A program made the translations under genes and the position numbers. A stretch of 64,000 nucleotides of DNA, taken from the human T2T-CHM13v2.0 reference genome, Homo sapiens. The DNA is taken from assembly GCF_009914755.1 (NCBI RefSeq), contig NC_060943.1; one strand, written 5' to 3'. Positions 27,396 to 53,014 of this stretch are shown piece after piece; the first letter of the stretch is position 1; the number at the start of each line of letters is the position of its first letter. The notes under the pieces are model-generated. The model was not told the DNA's origin. It saw only the letters and a program-made list of their open reading frames with translations, and searched no databases.

Positions 27396-29436
27396 CTGAG
27401 GGTGGATGGAGAGAGGACACAGATCCTGAGGATGGATGGAGGGAGGACACAGATCCTGAGGATGCATGGAGGGAGGACACAGATCCTGAGGATGGATGGA
27501 GGGAGGAAACAGATCCTGAGGGTGGATGGATGGATGGAGGACACAGATCCTGAGGGTGGATGAATGGAGGGAGGACACAGATCCTGAGGGTGGATGGAGG
27601 GAGGACACAGATCCTGAGGATGGATGAAAGGAGGACACAGATCCTGAGGGTGGATGGAGGGAGGACACAGATCCTGAGGATGCGTGGAGGGAGGACACAG
27701 ATCCTGAGGATGGATGGAGGGAGGACGTAGATCCTGAGGGTGGATGGAGGGAGGACGCAGATCCTGAGGATGGATGGAAGGAGGACGCAGATCCTGAGGG
27801 TGGAGGGATGGAGGACGCAGATCCTGAGGATGGATGGAGGGAGGATGCAGATCCTGAGGGTGGATGGATGGAGGACGCAGATCCTGAGGATGGATGGAGG
27901 GAGGACACAGATCCTGAGGATGGATGGAGGGAGGACGCAGATCCTGAGGGTGAATGGATGGAGGACGCAGATCCTGAGGGTGGATGGATGGAGGGAGGAC
28001 GCAGATCCTGAGGATGGATGGAGGGAGGACACAGATCCTGAGGATGGATGGAGGGAGGACACAGATCCTGAGGGTGGATGGATGGAGGACAGAGATCCTG
28101 AGGATGGATGGAGGGAGGACACAGATCCTGAGGATGGATGGAGGGAGGACGCAGATCCTGAGGGTGAATGGATGGAGGACACAGATCCTGAGGGTGAATG
28201 GATGGAGGACACAGATCCTGAGGGTGGATGGATGGAGGGAGGACACAGATCCTGAGGATGGATGGAGGGAGGACACAGATCCTGAGGATGGATGGAGGGA
28301 GGACGCAGATCCTGAGGATGGATGGAGGGAGGACGCAGATCCTGAGGATGGATGGAGGGAGGACGCAGATCCTGAGGATGGATGGAGGGAGGACGCAGAT
28401 CCTGAGGGTGAATGGATGGAGGACACAGATCCTGAGGGTGAATGGATGGAGGACACAGATCCTGAGGGTGGATGGATGGAGGGAGGACGCAGATCCTGAG
28501 GATGGATGGAGGGAGGACACAGATCCTGAGGATGGATGGAGGGAGGACGCAGATCCTGAGGATGGATGGAGGGAGGACGCAGATCCTGAGGATGGATGGA
28601 GGGAGGACGCAGATCCTGAAGGTGAATGGATGGAGGACGCAGATCCTGAGGGTGGATGGATGGAGGGAGGACGCAGATCCTGAGGATGGATGGAGGGAGG
28701 ACGCAGATCCTGAGGATGGATGGAGGGAGGACACAGATCCTGAGGGTGGATGGATGGAGGACAGAGATCCTGAGGATGGATGGAGGGAGGACACAGATCC
28801 TGAGGATGGATGGAGGGAGGACGCAGATCCTGAGGATGAATGGATGGAGGACACAGATCCTGAGGGTGAATGGATGGAGGACACAGATCCTGAGGGTGGA
28901 TGGATGGAGGGAGGACACAGATCCTGAGGATGGATGGAGGGAGGACACAGATCCTGAGGATGGATGGAGGGAGGACGCAGATCCTGAGGATGGATGGAGG
29001 GAGGACGCAGATCCTGAGGATGGATGGAGGGAGGACGCAGATCCTGAGGATGGATGGAGGGAGGACGCAGATCCTGAGGGTGAATGGATGGAGGACACAG
29101 ATCCTGAGGGTGAATGGATGGAGGACACAGATCCTGAGGGTGGATGGATGGAGGGAGGACACAGATCCTGAGGATGGATGGAGGGAGGACACAGATCCTG
29201 AGGATGGATGGAGGGAGGACGCAGATCCTGAGGATGGATGGAGGGAGGACGCAGATCCTGAGGATGGATGGAGGGAGGACGCAGATCCTGAGGGTGAATG
29301 GATGGAGGACGCAGATCCTGAGGGTGGACGGATGGAGGGAGGACGCAGATCCTGAGGATGGATGGAGGGAGGACGCAGATCCTGAGGATGGATGGAGGGA
29401 GGACACAGATCCTGAGGATGCATGGAGGGAGGACAC
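27396..29436. repeat. VNTR, about 67 copies of a 30-bp unit (34-bp variants)
   Basis: (gagggaggac[a/g]cagatcctgagg[a/g]tggatg)n; purine-rich + strand. Confidence 0.97.
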
Positions 29437-29580
29437 CACGCCCAGCTAATTTTTGTCTTTTTAATAGAGATGGGGTTTCACCATGTTGGCCAGGCTGGTC
29501 TCAAACTCCTGACCTCGTGATCCGCCCGCCTCAGTCTCCCAAAGTGCTGGGATTACAGGCGTGAGCCACCGCGCCTGGCC
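29434..29580 (-). mobile_element. Alu left arm only, fused to the VNTR end
   Basis: ggaggacac|cacgcccagctaattttt junction. Confidence 0.85.
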
Positions 29581-30223
29581 GGCTTTCTTAGTCATGTTTA
29601 ATTTAACGAAAATTTTATAATGATCTGAAATGTAAATGGTTTTTAAAGAATTCAAATTAGGATGCATCAAAAATAGGACTGTCTTTATTGTTGAAAAACA
29701 TTGTATTTCTTTAATAATGAACAACTTATTAAGTTATGATGTGATTTAACTGGTATGAAAATTTGGGAAATTAGAATCTTGGTAAAGTACAGATTAGTTA
29801 AAAGAAAAAGATGCTTTAGAAAAATCAAAGACATTTCCGAAAGAATGTACAATAATCAATAGCAGTTTGGCCCCAGTGTTATAGAGGATGGGGAGAAGGT
29901 GGAAGAATGAGAAAATAACACGCATTTCACGTAGTATATGTGCACAAATCTTTTTCTTTTGTTGCGAAGAAAATGTTTTATCACAACAAATGTAATAAAT
30001 TTAGCAACTTTGTTCTGGAGATCAATCAATAAATCCAAATAGGAGAAGGAGGAGGGGTCTGTAAAAGCAGAAAGCAATTTCAGAAATGAATATATATAGT
30101 GTACTAAATAAATTGAGCTGGATGGTAAATAAAGGCAACAAGAAAATATCTGTGAATCCTAGACCAGCTGTGATGATGGCTCTGTATGCCCTTAAATAAC
30201 GGCAATAATTCATGAAAAAATAA

Positions 30224-30565
<342 letters not shown>

Positions 30566-32391
30566 CAAAGTGATTTTTATGGAGGTACAATTTAGGACTA
30601 AATGAGGCACATTTTACTTCTTGGAACGGCAACAGGAAAATTCCCATCCCGCAGCTCTCACAACTCAGATCTTAGCAATTGGAACAGAACAGGTTGTCAC
30701 TGCTGAAGGACCAAGCAGAACAACGGTTTCAGGAAGCTTTAGCTCTAAATCCCAGTAGATGTAGAGCAGGTGCAGAGCTCTGGGGACTCTCAAAGCACTT
30801 TTAAATCTGGTTAAGTGTCAGAATTGCATTTAGACATCAACACATTTATATTCCTTGATTCTTTCTTCTCCCTAAGACTTAAACATATAGTCACCTTTTA
30901 TCAAAAAGATATTTTATTTGTTTAAATGGAAGATATAGTTTACTTTCTTCACACAGATGCCAGAAATTTTCTATGAACGTAAAATCTTTGGTGCAATCAA
31001 GTGCATACTGCTTCCCAGATCCTACAAGAAAGGAGATTAAGGTGTAGAATTTTACACTCATCACAGAAAGTTTTCAGAGACTAACTGGCATCACCAACCA
31101 AAACACAACATGCTATCACCACAACTATTTTTAAATGTCTTAAGTAGTAGTTTCCATTGGACGGCAGGTGTGTAAGCAGGAGCCAAGAGTGAAACACGCT
31201 CTTGCTCCTCTTCCTAGCAAGAGAGCAAAGACTGTGAGGTTTGGTGTATTCATCCAGAGAGAGTGTTTTAAATGGGGCTATGACAGAGAAGGTAGACAAG
31301 AGGTGTTGGGCAGCCCTGGACACCCTCAGAAAATATCCCTTCTTCATGAATTTATTTTCTATGTTCAGTTTTACACTAAAAGGTAAAAAAAAAGTTAAAA
31401 AAAAGAAAAAAAAAGTCCACCCTATAGTTTGTATAACAAACATTCTCACTTGTTCATGCTGTATTCAACGTCGAGCCCATTTTCTTTCCCCTACTACAAA
31501 ATCCCACCGCTGGGGTCCTGGTACCTACAGTGATGGTTCTGAATAAAGCCCTCCTTACTCTGCTTTGATAAAGGTCACCGGGTAATCTTTCTCTCAACGC
31601 CTTGCCCAGCTGGCCCAGGGCTCCAAGAAAGGGAAGGCCAGACCCCTGGCCTCTGCCCTGGTTACTCACAGGGACATCTGTGAATATCTGCTGCTGCCCC
31701 ATCTGGCCCCGGTGAGGCTGCTCCTCCCTTTCACGTTGGGCCCCACTGCAGCCTCCTGGTGTTCACCGCCAGGGCACACCCCAGGGGAACTGGGGTGGGA
31801 TCATAAGCACAGGGTAGGCCCTCCCTCTCTGCCTGGCCACACTGCACTGCCAGGTGAATTAAACATGGCTCTTCCCCCAGGTGGTGCTTGGGGGCCCGTG
31901 CAGCAGGAGGGACATCTTCTCCGCACAGCAATGTTCCCAGATCTCACCACCCTGAGTTCTGGCCCCTGCGTTGGGCGGGTTGGCAAGTCAAGAGAAAAAA
32001 CAAGCCCCTGCATCTAATTTTCTGTCTTCTCTCTGGGCCCTTCCTCTTTCCACTAATATGTCAAGAAACAACAGTGTGGTATTTTTGCTTAATTTCCCCT
32101 AAACTCTATCTGTCCTGCTTTCCACTGTGACCTCACCACCTGAACTTCCTGGACTTCCTTACACTGGAGCAGACACTGGCATCTGCTCAGCTCTCCTGTG
32201 CTCTGCAAGGGGTAGAAAAATTCACCCATCCTCTGCTATGTGCAGACTGTCCACCTTCTGCTATAGAGTTCATGTACCCACCTGTCAACCTCATAGTCAA
32301 ACAAACAAGACGTTATGGGGGAAAACACCCGGCTGATGGTTGAAAAACAACCAGAGAAGAAAGACAGAGATGTAGAAAAAGAGACAAAGAC

Positions 32392-32901
<510 letters not shown>

Positions 32902-33154
32902 TCAGTACAAATTAAAATTGGGTAGGCCAGTCAGGTACCACCCTCTTTGAACCAGCACAGAAACCTCCCAGCAGACCGAGCTGCAGCCCATCCCGGGGTT
33001 CATAATGTGGAGTCAGGAGCCTCAGGTGGGTCTGAAGCCCCTGTCTCTGAGACTTGGCCGACCTTGGACAGGTTACTTCATGTCTCGGTCCATAGTTTCT
33101 GTTTTTATAAATGAGGAAAATAATAGAGCACGCTGTGGAGGGTTTGTAGGAGAA

Positions 33155-33160
33155 TTTAAT
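33155..33160 (-). terminator. LAIR1: Candidate LAIR1 distal poly(A) signal ATTAAA
   Basis: tttaat on +, inside a MIR-like segment; usage inferred. Confidence 0.45.
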
Positions 33161-33228
33161 GTGTCCACGTTTGCCTAGAACTAAATTAGCAACTGCCCCA
33201 TAGAAAGAGCTGGCTGAGTTTTTGCTGA

Positions 33229-33546
<318 letters not shown>

Positions 33547-34207
33547 TGTTTTTGTTTTTTAAAGACAAACACAGATTAACCCAAATGAGATTCTGCCGCC
33601 TCCTAGTGGTACATAGGGTAATTTTCTGTGTCAATCAGTACATCTGACCCTACAGGTAGGGTGGATACTCAGAAATGCCTCAACCAACAGCAGGCTCAGT
33701 GATTCCTTGGATTTCCTGGGGCGTGTGAGTGTATGTGCATGTCTGTGTGTGTGCGTGTGTGTATGCATGTGTGTGAGAGCATGCATTCCTGTGCATGTAT
33801 GTGCAGATGTGGACCTGTAGGGTCGGCTCTCTGCCTTCACCCAGCCACACCTCCCTCATTCATTCCTGATACACGTGATTTGTCAGAAAACACTGACACC
33901 AATGTGAAGTCCTAAGATGAGCAAGTTCAGAATATCTAATGTATCGTATTCGTGGTGATGGGTGCGCTGAGGAATTGATTGTGACTGTCATTGCACAATG
34001 TACGTGTACGACAAATTATCACATTTTACACCTTGAATACGTACAATCCTGATCAATTAAATTTTAAAAAGAAAACGCTGACACGTTTTCGTAGGTCCTG
34101 TTTCCCTCACTCAGCTTTGAACAACTGTGAAGGCAGAGAGTGGGTCCGAGAGACCTATGCACCCAGGACCAGGCCTGGGGCTGCCAGATGTGAGGCCTTC
34201 AAAATTA

Positions 34208-34213
34208 TTTATT
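34208..34213 (-). terminator. LAIR1: LAIR1 proximal poly(A) signal AATAAA
   Basis: tttatt on + about 570 nt after the stop. Confidence 0.7.
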
Positions 34214-34432
34214 GATGCGTGGAGTAAAGCACAACCCAGAGAACTGGGCTTGGCTCTCAGCTGTGTGTGTATAGCACAGTCTCAAGGCTAGCTCTTGACT
34301 TCTAGGAAGGTCTTTAGGGTCAGCAGGGCAGATAATTACAGCAAAGTCTCTGGGGTCACTGGAGGTTCACAGCAGACACCTAGGACAAGCTTGGAGGTGG
34401 CATCACTGCTCAGGAAATCGGCTGATTGGCTG

Positions 34433-34559
34433 TAGCTGGGCCTTTAGAACAGGCAGGTGACTTTAGCTGGGTCTCTGGAAACAGTCAGGTGAATAAAGCT
34501 GGGTCTCTAGAAACAGCCAGGGAACTGTAGCTGGGTCTCTGGAAATAACTGAGAAACAG
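34433..34559. repeat. About 32-bp x4 tandem repeat in LAIR1 3'UTR
   Basis: (tagctgggtctctggaaacag.caggtgaa..)n. Confidence 0.8.
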
Positions 34560-34781
34560 TCTGTCCAAGGAGCTGCTCGATTGTAGAAGGGACCACCTGG
34601 CTAACGAACCTTCTGGATGCTGGTTAGAAACCTCCAGTCTCCAGCTCTTGTCTCCAGGACAGCTGCCTGGCTGGCTTTCTAGATGAAGAGGAATCCAACA
34701 GGAAGCCTTCCAAATGGCTGCTTCAGGCTTTTCCTAGAGTGACTTTCTACCCTCAGGTGCAGAGGCCAGGTGGGTATGGGG

Positions 34782-44316
<9,535 letters not shown>

Positions 44317-44730
44317 GGCCCAGGTCCCAGCAGTGCAGCCTGGCCTGAGGCGCACCAATGCAAGGACAGAACTCTGCAGCAGACACAAGCAGACAGGATG
44401 TGCTGCCCGGGGGCCTCCTGCCTATGGGGCTTCCACAGCAACTGCCTCACACAAGAGGAAGAGCTTTCTGTCCTGTTCTTTCCACCCTTCCCACTAGTGA
44501 GACGAGAGGGAGGGCCTTGGTTTCTGAAAAATGTCGCTTACCCTAAATGTCGCTTAGAGGCAGATGACCGTAAACTAGTTACCAGATGTGTCAGCCTCTT
44601 TCTAAATCTATGGGACAAGGCAGAATAAAGGTCGGGCAACCAATTGACTTGGACGCCGTCCCAACTCCACAAGTTAACGGTCGCAGCTCTTGGGCAAGAC
44701 GTTACAAAACTAGAAGCTGACATTTCCTTG
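44317..44730 (-). promoter_or_regulatory. LAIR1: LAIR1 5'UTR/proximal promoter
   Basis: Unique sequence directly upstream of the ATG with AAGAGGAAG ETS-type motif (about 44453), in the same position as the LILR promoter motif. Confidence 0.5.
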
Positions 44731-44818
44731 TATTACAAATGGGAGCCATAGAAATCCTTCCCCAAGTTTTTAATATTGTGATCTATGCTAAAATCCCGAC
44801 AAGGTATTTAACACGTTA

Positions 44819-45750
<932 letters not shown>

Positions 45751-45754
45751 TTTG

Positions 45755-46560
45755 GAGGGCCCGGAGGAAGACAGGAAGAGAAGGGAATGTTTGAAACTTC
45801 TTAGAGATGGATTAAATGGTTGTGACCAAAATGCTGATAGTGATGTGAACAGCGAAGTCCAGGCTGACAAGGTCTCAGCTGGAAATAAGGATCTTACTTG
45901 GAACTAGAGCGAAAGCCACCTTTGTTACGCCTTAGCAAACAACGTGGCTGCATTCTGTCCATGCCCTAGAGATACCACGCCAGGGTGTCTGGCGGAAGAA
46001 ATTTCTTTTCTTTTTTTTTAAACGGAGTCTCGCTCTGTTGCCCAGGCTGGAGTGAAGCAGTGCGATCTCGGCTCCCTGCAACCTCTGCCTCCCAGATTCA
46101 AGCCATTCTCCTGCCTCAGCCTCCCGATTAGCTGGGACTACAGGCACCCACCACCACGCCCGGCTAATTTTTTGTATTTTTAGCAGAGTCGGGGTTTCAC
46201 CGTGTTAGCCAGGATGGTCTCGATCTCCTGACCTCGTGATCCACCCGCCTCGGCCTCCCAAAGTGCTGGGATTACAGGCGTGAACCACCAAGCCTGGCCA
46301 AGTCAGAAGAAATTTCTAAGCAACAAAGTGTTCAAGTGGCATGGCTTCTTGTACCAACCTAGGCTCAGATGTGGGAGCAAAGAAATTACCTAAAGGTAGA
46401 GTTTATATTTAAAAGAGAAGCAAAGTGTAAAAGTTCGAAAAATTTGCGGACTAGCCACATGGTAGAAAAGAAAAGTCCGTTTTCAGGGGAGGAATTCAAG
46501 TAGGCTGCTGGGCAACGACTTGCTGGAGAAATTTGCATAACTAAGAGGGAGTCACGTGCT
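45755..46560 (+). mobile_element. MaLR (MST/THE1) internal fragment interrupted by an Alu (about 46006-46299)
   Basis: ggttgtgaccaaaatgctgatagtgat motif; gaagaaatttct TSD around the Alu. Confidence 0.7.
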
Positions 46561-46642
46561 GTACCAAAACATCTCATCTACCCCATAAATATATACACCT
46601 ACTATGTATACACAAAAATTAAAAATTTAAAAACATATATAG

Positions 46643-46884
46643 TGACATGAGATGTAGTGTGAAATGTCATTAAAAGATGAGTTTGCATCAGAATAGTCCA
46701 AACGTTTCAAAAACATTCCAGCATGATCACTGCCTTGCTGACCAGTCTTCCTCCTGAGACGTGGTGACAGTAATGATCACAAACTTGGATCTCGTGGACA
46801 GACAGGGGAATTCAAGCTAAACCCTGGTCCTCAAAGAGTTCTGCATGTTACAGTCCCTGGTATATCCTTCCAATCTAATCCAAT
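46643..46884 (+). repeat. About 240-bp dispersed direct repeat, copy 1
   Basis: Aligns by eye with 49291-49529 (gtgaaatgtcattaaaaga...ccaatctaatccaat). Confidence 0.9.
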
Positions 46885-46973
46885 TTTCTGTGAGTCCATA
46901 AGACAGCAATCCATCTAAAAAATAACAATAAACCAACTAAAACTGCTTAATATAATATGTTAAAGATTTTTTA

Positions 46974-47583
<610 letters not shown>

Positions 47584-49290
47584 TAATTTTTTGTAATGCC
47601 TAAGAGATATAAAAACTAAGTGAAGGCTATGCAGTCAAAAGTTAAAGAAAGATGGAGTCCCCAGCCTCAAGCTGAATACTGAACCTGGAGCTCACCTTGA
47701 TGATGATGAATTAACTGAGCTTTATTTTCATGGTTTTGTAAATCATGAGGACAAGGATAAAGTGCAGGGGTACAGATTCCAAAAGCTTCCACCTCATCAT
47801 AAGAATGATTTCAAATCACTCACCAACTTCTCATGGTTGCAAGGAATACTACATTTGTTTTGAAACTTAGCATTGAACATGAGGCCAAAACACAGTGGCT
47901 CCTGAGAATGACTTTCCTGCTTCTGACTCTTCTTTTACTGGCATAATGGTTTCTATGCATTAGATTATCCTCCCTGCCTCTTTTCACTTTAGGTCTTCAT
48001 TAGTGATTTTTATTCAGCTTTATCAAAGGATCCTTTGCACACAAACTGCATCCACTTAATCTGTGCAATTCAGTGAATTCTGACAGCTGTGAAACCACCA
48101 ACATATCCAAGATTTTCTTCACTGCTCAGAAGATTCCTCATGCTCCTTTGCCTCCATGTGGCCACTGGTTCCTTTTTGATATGTATTTGTTGACTGATTT
48201 ATTTATTTATTTATTTATTTATATATTTATTTTGAGACTGAGTTTCACTCTTGTTGCCCAGGCTGGAGTGTAATGGTGCAATCTTGGCTCCCGGGTTCAA
48301 GCGATTCTCCTGTCTCGGCCTCCTGAGTAGCTGGGATTACAGGTGCGCACCACCATGCCCAGCTAATTTTGTATTTTTAGTAGAGACGGGGTTTCTCCAT
48401 GTTGGTCAAGCTGGTCTCGAACTCCCGACCTCAGGTGATCCGCCCACCTTGGCATCCCAAAGTGCTGAGATTACAGGCGTGAGCCACTGCACCCGGCCGA
48501 CTAATTCATTTTTTAAACACACTTCTTACCTGGGAATAAATTTAAACTTGCAAAAGAGTTGCAGAGGTACAGAGAGTTCCCATATGCCCTTCATCCAGGT
48601 CCCTCTAATGTTCATGCTTTACACGACCCCAGCACATCCGCCAAAAAAAAAAAAAAATTAACACTGGTACAATAATTAACTGACAGGCTTTCTTTGGATT
48701 TCATCATCTTTCCACTAACGTTCTTTGCCTGTGCTGGGATCCAATGCAGGGGCACCGTCCTGCATTTACTTCCCTCTCTGTTAACTGCAGAGAAGGGTTT
48801 CTGTTTTCCTGGTTGGACCCTGATTAATATTCCCCTAGTATCTGAACTCCAGGTGCCCAGGAAGGTTGGGGGGCAAGGATGTGCTGCCCACTGGGGAAGG
48901 AGTGGCTGGCAGAATCGACATCCGTCTGTTCCTCCACAATCCAAGGTCACAGAACACATGGGCAGTTATTCTGGGTTTTTCCATAAGAAGGGTGATACAG
49001 AGCTGTCGTTGTTCCATATTATGAGGACCCCTCCACCTTTGCATTCCTCTAAGACCTTTCCTCTGAGACTCTCCTCCAAGCTGGAGAAGACAAGCTACAT
49101 GCTTATGTCCAAGGCATGCTGCAGATTCAGCATGGCACAGCTCCCTCACTCAAAAACGTTACTTGATGTGGGATGCACAGGCATAGAGTAGTGATTCTCA
49201 CACTAGACTCAGATACATACACAATATTTGCAACTTAAATTAAACACCAATTAAATGTCAAGTGGAAAGACAACATCTACAGAAATAAAA

Positions 49291-49529
49291 TGACACAAGA
49301 TGCAATGTGAAATGTCATTAAAAGAAGAGTTTGCATTAGAATAGTTCAAATATTTCAAAACTATTCCAGCACGTCACTGCGTTGCTGACCTATCTTCCTC
49401 CTGAGATGTGGTCGCCGTAATGATCTCAAGCTTGGACCTCGTGGACAGACTGGGGAACTCAAGCTAAACCCCGGTCCTCACAGTTCAGCACGTTGCAATC
49501 CTGTGTCGTTCCGTCCAATCTAATCCAAT
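49291..49529 (+). repeat. About 240-bp dispersed direct repeat, copy 2
   Basis: Aligns by eye with 46643-46884. Confidence 0.9.
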
Positions 49530-49773
49530 CTCAAGGACCCCAGTTCCTGAGCAACCCTGGCTTGGCTCGGCCAAAGGGAAGCGTCTACAGAATCTGAGTC
49601 TAGAATGCCCGGAGGTCTGTACTTCTTGCTGTTTTCAGGAGATTCAACTGCAAAGCCCTCCCCAAGTCATCCACATTGGCTCACGTTTCTGTGCCCCACC
49701 CTTCCTGCCTGGGAGGACCCTTCTTGTTCAGCCAAAAAAGCAACCTGAGGGTGGTGTGGTAGCAGGGACTCAC

Positions 49774-49789
49774 CCATTTCTCTTTCCAT
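49774..49789 (-). CDS. LAIR1: Alternative LAIR1 first coding exon (MEREM-)
   Basis: AAG ATG GAA AGA GAA ATG G|GTGAGT: strong Kozak context, consensus donor, phase 1 matches exon 2, giving MEREMVLCLAQ... Confidence 0.7.
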
Positions 49790-50841
49790 CTTCTGTCGCG
49801 GATGCAACCCTGGAAGGAAGACCTCAGGACGATGATCATCTTCATAGGATTCCCGACCTGTGCCTGGCTTTGTCCTGAATATTAGCCTTGGCAGCCTGGC
49901 CTGGGCTCCGATGGTGGATGAACTTGGCTTTCCACGGGCTGCCACCTCCAGCCTGCGCTGTGGAGAGACCAGGTCCTCGGAACAGTATTTTAACCTTGTC
50001 CTCCTTTCCCTTCCAGGGTTTACCAAGACATAGCGGGTGTCATAGATGTGAAAAAGCTTCTGCTATACCAGGGTCAGGAACGGAGCAAAACTGAAAACCG
50101 CACAGGATGTGGTCTGCCAGGTGCCAGCATCACAGCTCAAATCCTTAAGAAGCTCCAGCCGCAGGCACGGAAATAAACAGCTTCTCCCTGCCCTGTATAC
50201 GTCTCCGATTTTACCCAGGATGGGGCTGAGGAAGCAACACAGATTCCCAAACGTTACTTTTTTTTTTTTATTTTGCTTGAGAGCCAAGGCAATATTAGAC
50301 AAGCCTTACTCCCTAATTAGTGCCTGACAAGAACCATATCTCTGTCCCAATCCTTCTATTCAAAGTAGGCACAATTTGCTTTTACCAAATGTAAAACTCA
50401 TGTCAAAGCCATGCTGTGAGTATTTACACCAGAGAAATCGGCAAATGCTACACGTCGGGGTTGTTTTTTGTTTTTCTTTTTGCTTTTTTTTTCAGAGAGC
50501 TGATTGTCAAGACTTTACCAGCACACTGCTGGTAAATTTCCAAAGGCCAATTTAAAGAAATTTTTTTAACAGAACATGTAAAAAAAAATCAACGTGAAGT
50601 CAACATGCTCCAGGGAAATCAGACAATTGATAAAGCATGTCTATTTCTGTAGTGTATACTCCAGCCTGTTTCCCCCTCCTACCTCAGGTACCGTAACCAG
50701 CATCTGAAGTCTTATATTCAAATTTCCCTTGCACTTTTGTAAATATAGTGTTCTCTCATCGATGTACCTATTTGGTGTGTATGTATATGTGTGTGTATAT
50801 ATATATATGCTATCATTTAAAAATTGTATTTATTTATTTAA

Positions 50842-50934
<93 letters not shown>

Positions 50935-52495
50935 TGAGTAGCTGGGATTATAAGGGTGTGACCCCATACCCAGCTAATTTTTGTATGTTTAGTAGAGATG
51001 GGGTTTCGCCATGTTGACCAGGCTGGTCTTGAACTCCTGCCCTCAGGTGATCTGCCCGCCTCAGCCTCCCAAAGTGCTGGAATTACAGGCATGAGCTACT
51101 GTGCCCAGCCTCGTTTTTAATTTTAGTGCAAAGTATAGTTTTCAAAACAATGTTTGCAATGTCATCAAATATAGAATGAGCACGCATCAATGTCTTCTTA
51201 ATTCATTAATGATGAAATCATCATTCAAAATTCCTGTCTTTACCCAAATATTTAGCTTCTTCTGTTGCTCTTCATTTGTTCCTGCGTTTCTCCATTTCCA
51301 CTGGGATGATTTCCTCTTGTCCAAGCCTTTTATTCTGGCAACCAATGAACTTTACACTCTTTCTATAGTTTTGCCTTTTCCAGAATGTCACATAGTTGGA
51401 ATCAGACAGTGGATACGCCATTTGGGCGGGCTTATTTCGTGTAGTGATATACATTGAACTCTCCTCCACATCTTTTCATGACTTGAGAGCTTGTGTCTTC
51501 TTAGCATGGGATAATATTCCATTGTCTGGACACATAGTTAATCCACTCACTTACTGAAGGGCATCTTGGTTGCTTCCAAGTTTGGGCGATTATGAATAAA
51601 GCTACTGTAAAGATCCATATGACCGTATGTTTTCAGCTCCCTTCGGTAAATATCAAGGAATGCAATTGCTGGATTACATGGCAAAGCTATATTTAGTTTT
51701 AGAAGAAATTGCCGCACTGTCTCCCAAAGTGGCTGTACCATTTGGCAATCCCACCAGCAATGAATGAGAGTTCCCGTTGCTCCACATCCTCGCCAGTAGG
51801 CCAGTATGTGGTATTGTCTGCGTTTTAGAATTTGGCCACTCTAATAGGTGTGTCGTGGTAACTTGGTTCCTAAGATACTGATAGAGGTGCAGAACACCAG
51901 CTGGGAAGTCAGCCAGAATGAGCTTCTCCTGTGACTTCCTGTCCCACAGCCTCAGAGAACTTTGACAAGCCACTTCCCCTATAAACTTGTCTTTCTTTCT
52001 TTCTTTTTTTTTTTTTTTTTGAGATGAAGTCTCACTCTGTCACCCAGGCTGGAGTGCAATGGCATGATCTTGGCTCACTGCAACCTCCGCCTCCCGGGTT
52101 CAAGTGATTCTCATGCCTCAGCCTCGTGAGTAACTGGGATTACAGGCATGCACCACCACACCCAGATAATTTTGTATTTTTAGTACAGACGGGGTTTCAC
52201 CATGCTGACCAGGCTGGTCTCGGACTCCTGACCTCGTGATCTGCCCACCTCAGCCTTTTAAAGTGCTGGGATTATAGGTGTAAGCCACTGAGCCCGGCCT
52301 CCTTATAAACTTCTCTAAATCTAAATTTGTGAATATTCTTTCTTTAAAAGTCGATCAACTGGCCTGGCACAGTGGCTCATGCCTGTAATACCAGCATTTT
52401 GGAAGGTCGAGGCGGATGGATCACTTGAGGTCAGGAGTTCGAGTCCAGCCTGGCCAACCTGGTGAAACCCCATCTCTACTAAAAATACAAAATTA

Positions 52496-52642
<147 letters not shown>

Positions 52643-52691
52643 CTAAAAAAACAAAATTAAATTAAAAAGCCAGTCCTGGTGTGGTGGCTCA

Positions 52692-53014
<323 letters not shown>

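Noticed and set aside
27396-29436. CRISPR-like array
   Set aside because: Units are contiguous with no unique spacers, there are no cas genes, and the DNA is human.
27238-29439. 617-733 aa minus-strand ORFs and many plus-strand ORFs
   Set aside because: They come from the 30-bp VNTR, whose minus strand has no stop in any frame. The products are purely repetitive and have no gene context.
30676-30805. Short plus-strand frame LSLLKDQAEQRFQEALALNP, superficially TPR-like
   Set aside because: About 40 codons bounded by stops, with no homologue I can name. A tblastn search would be needed.
49667-50026. 119-aa ORF
   Set aside because: It has a non-ATG start and reads through a consensus donor. 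Only the MEREM micro-exon is supported.
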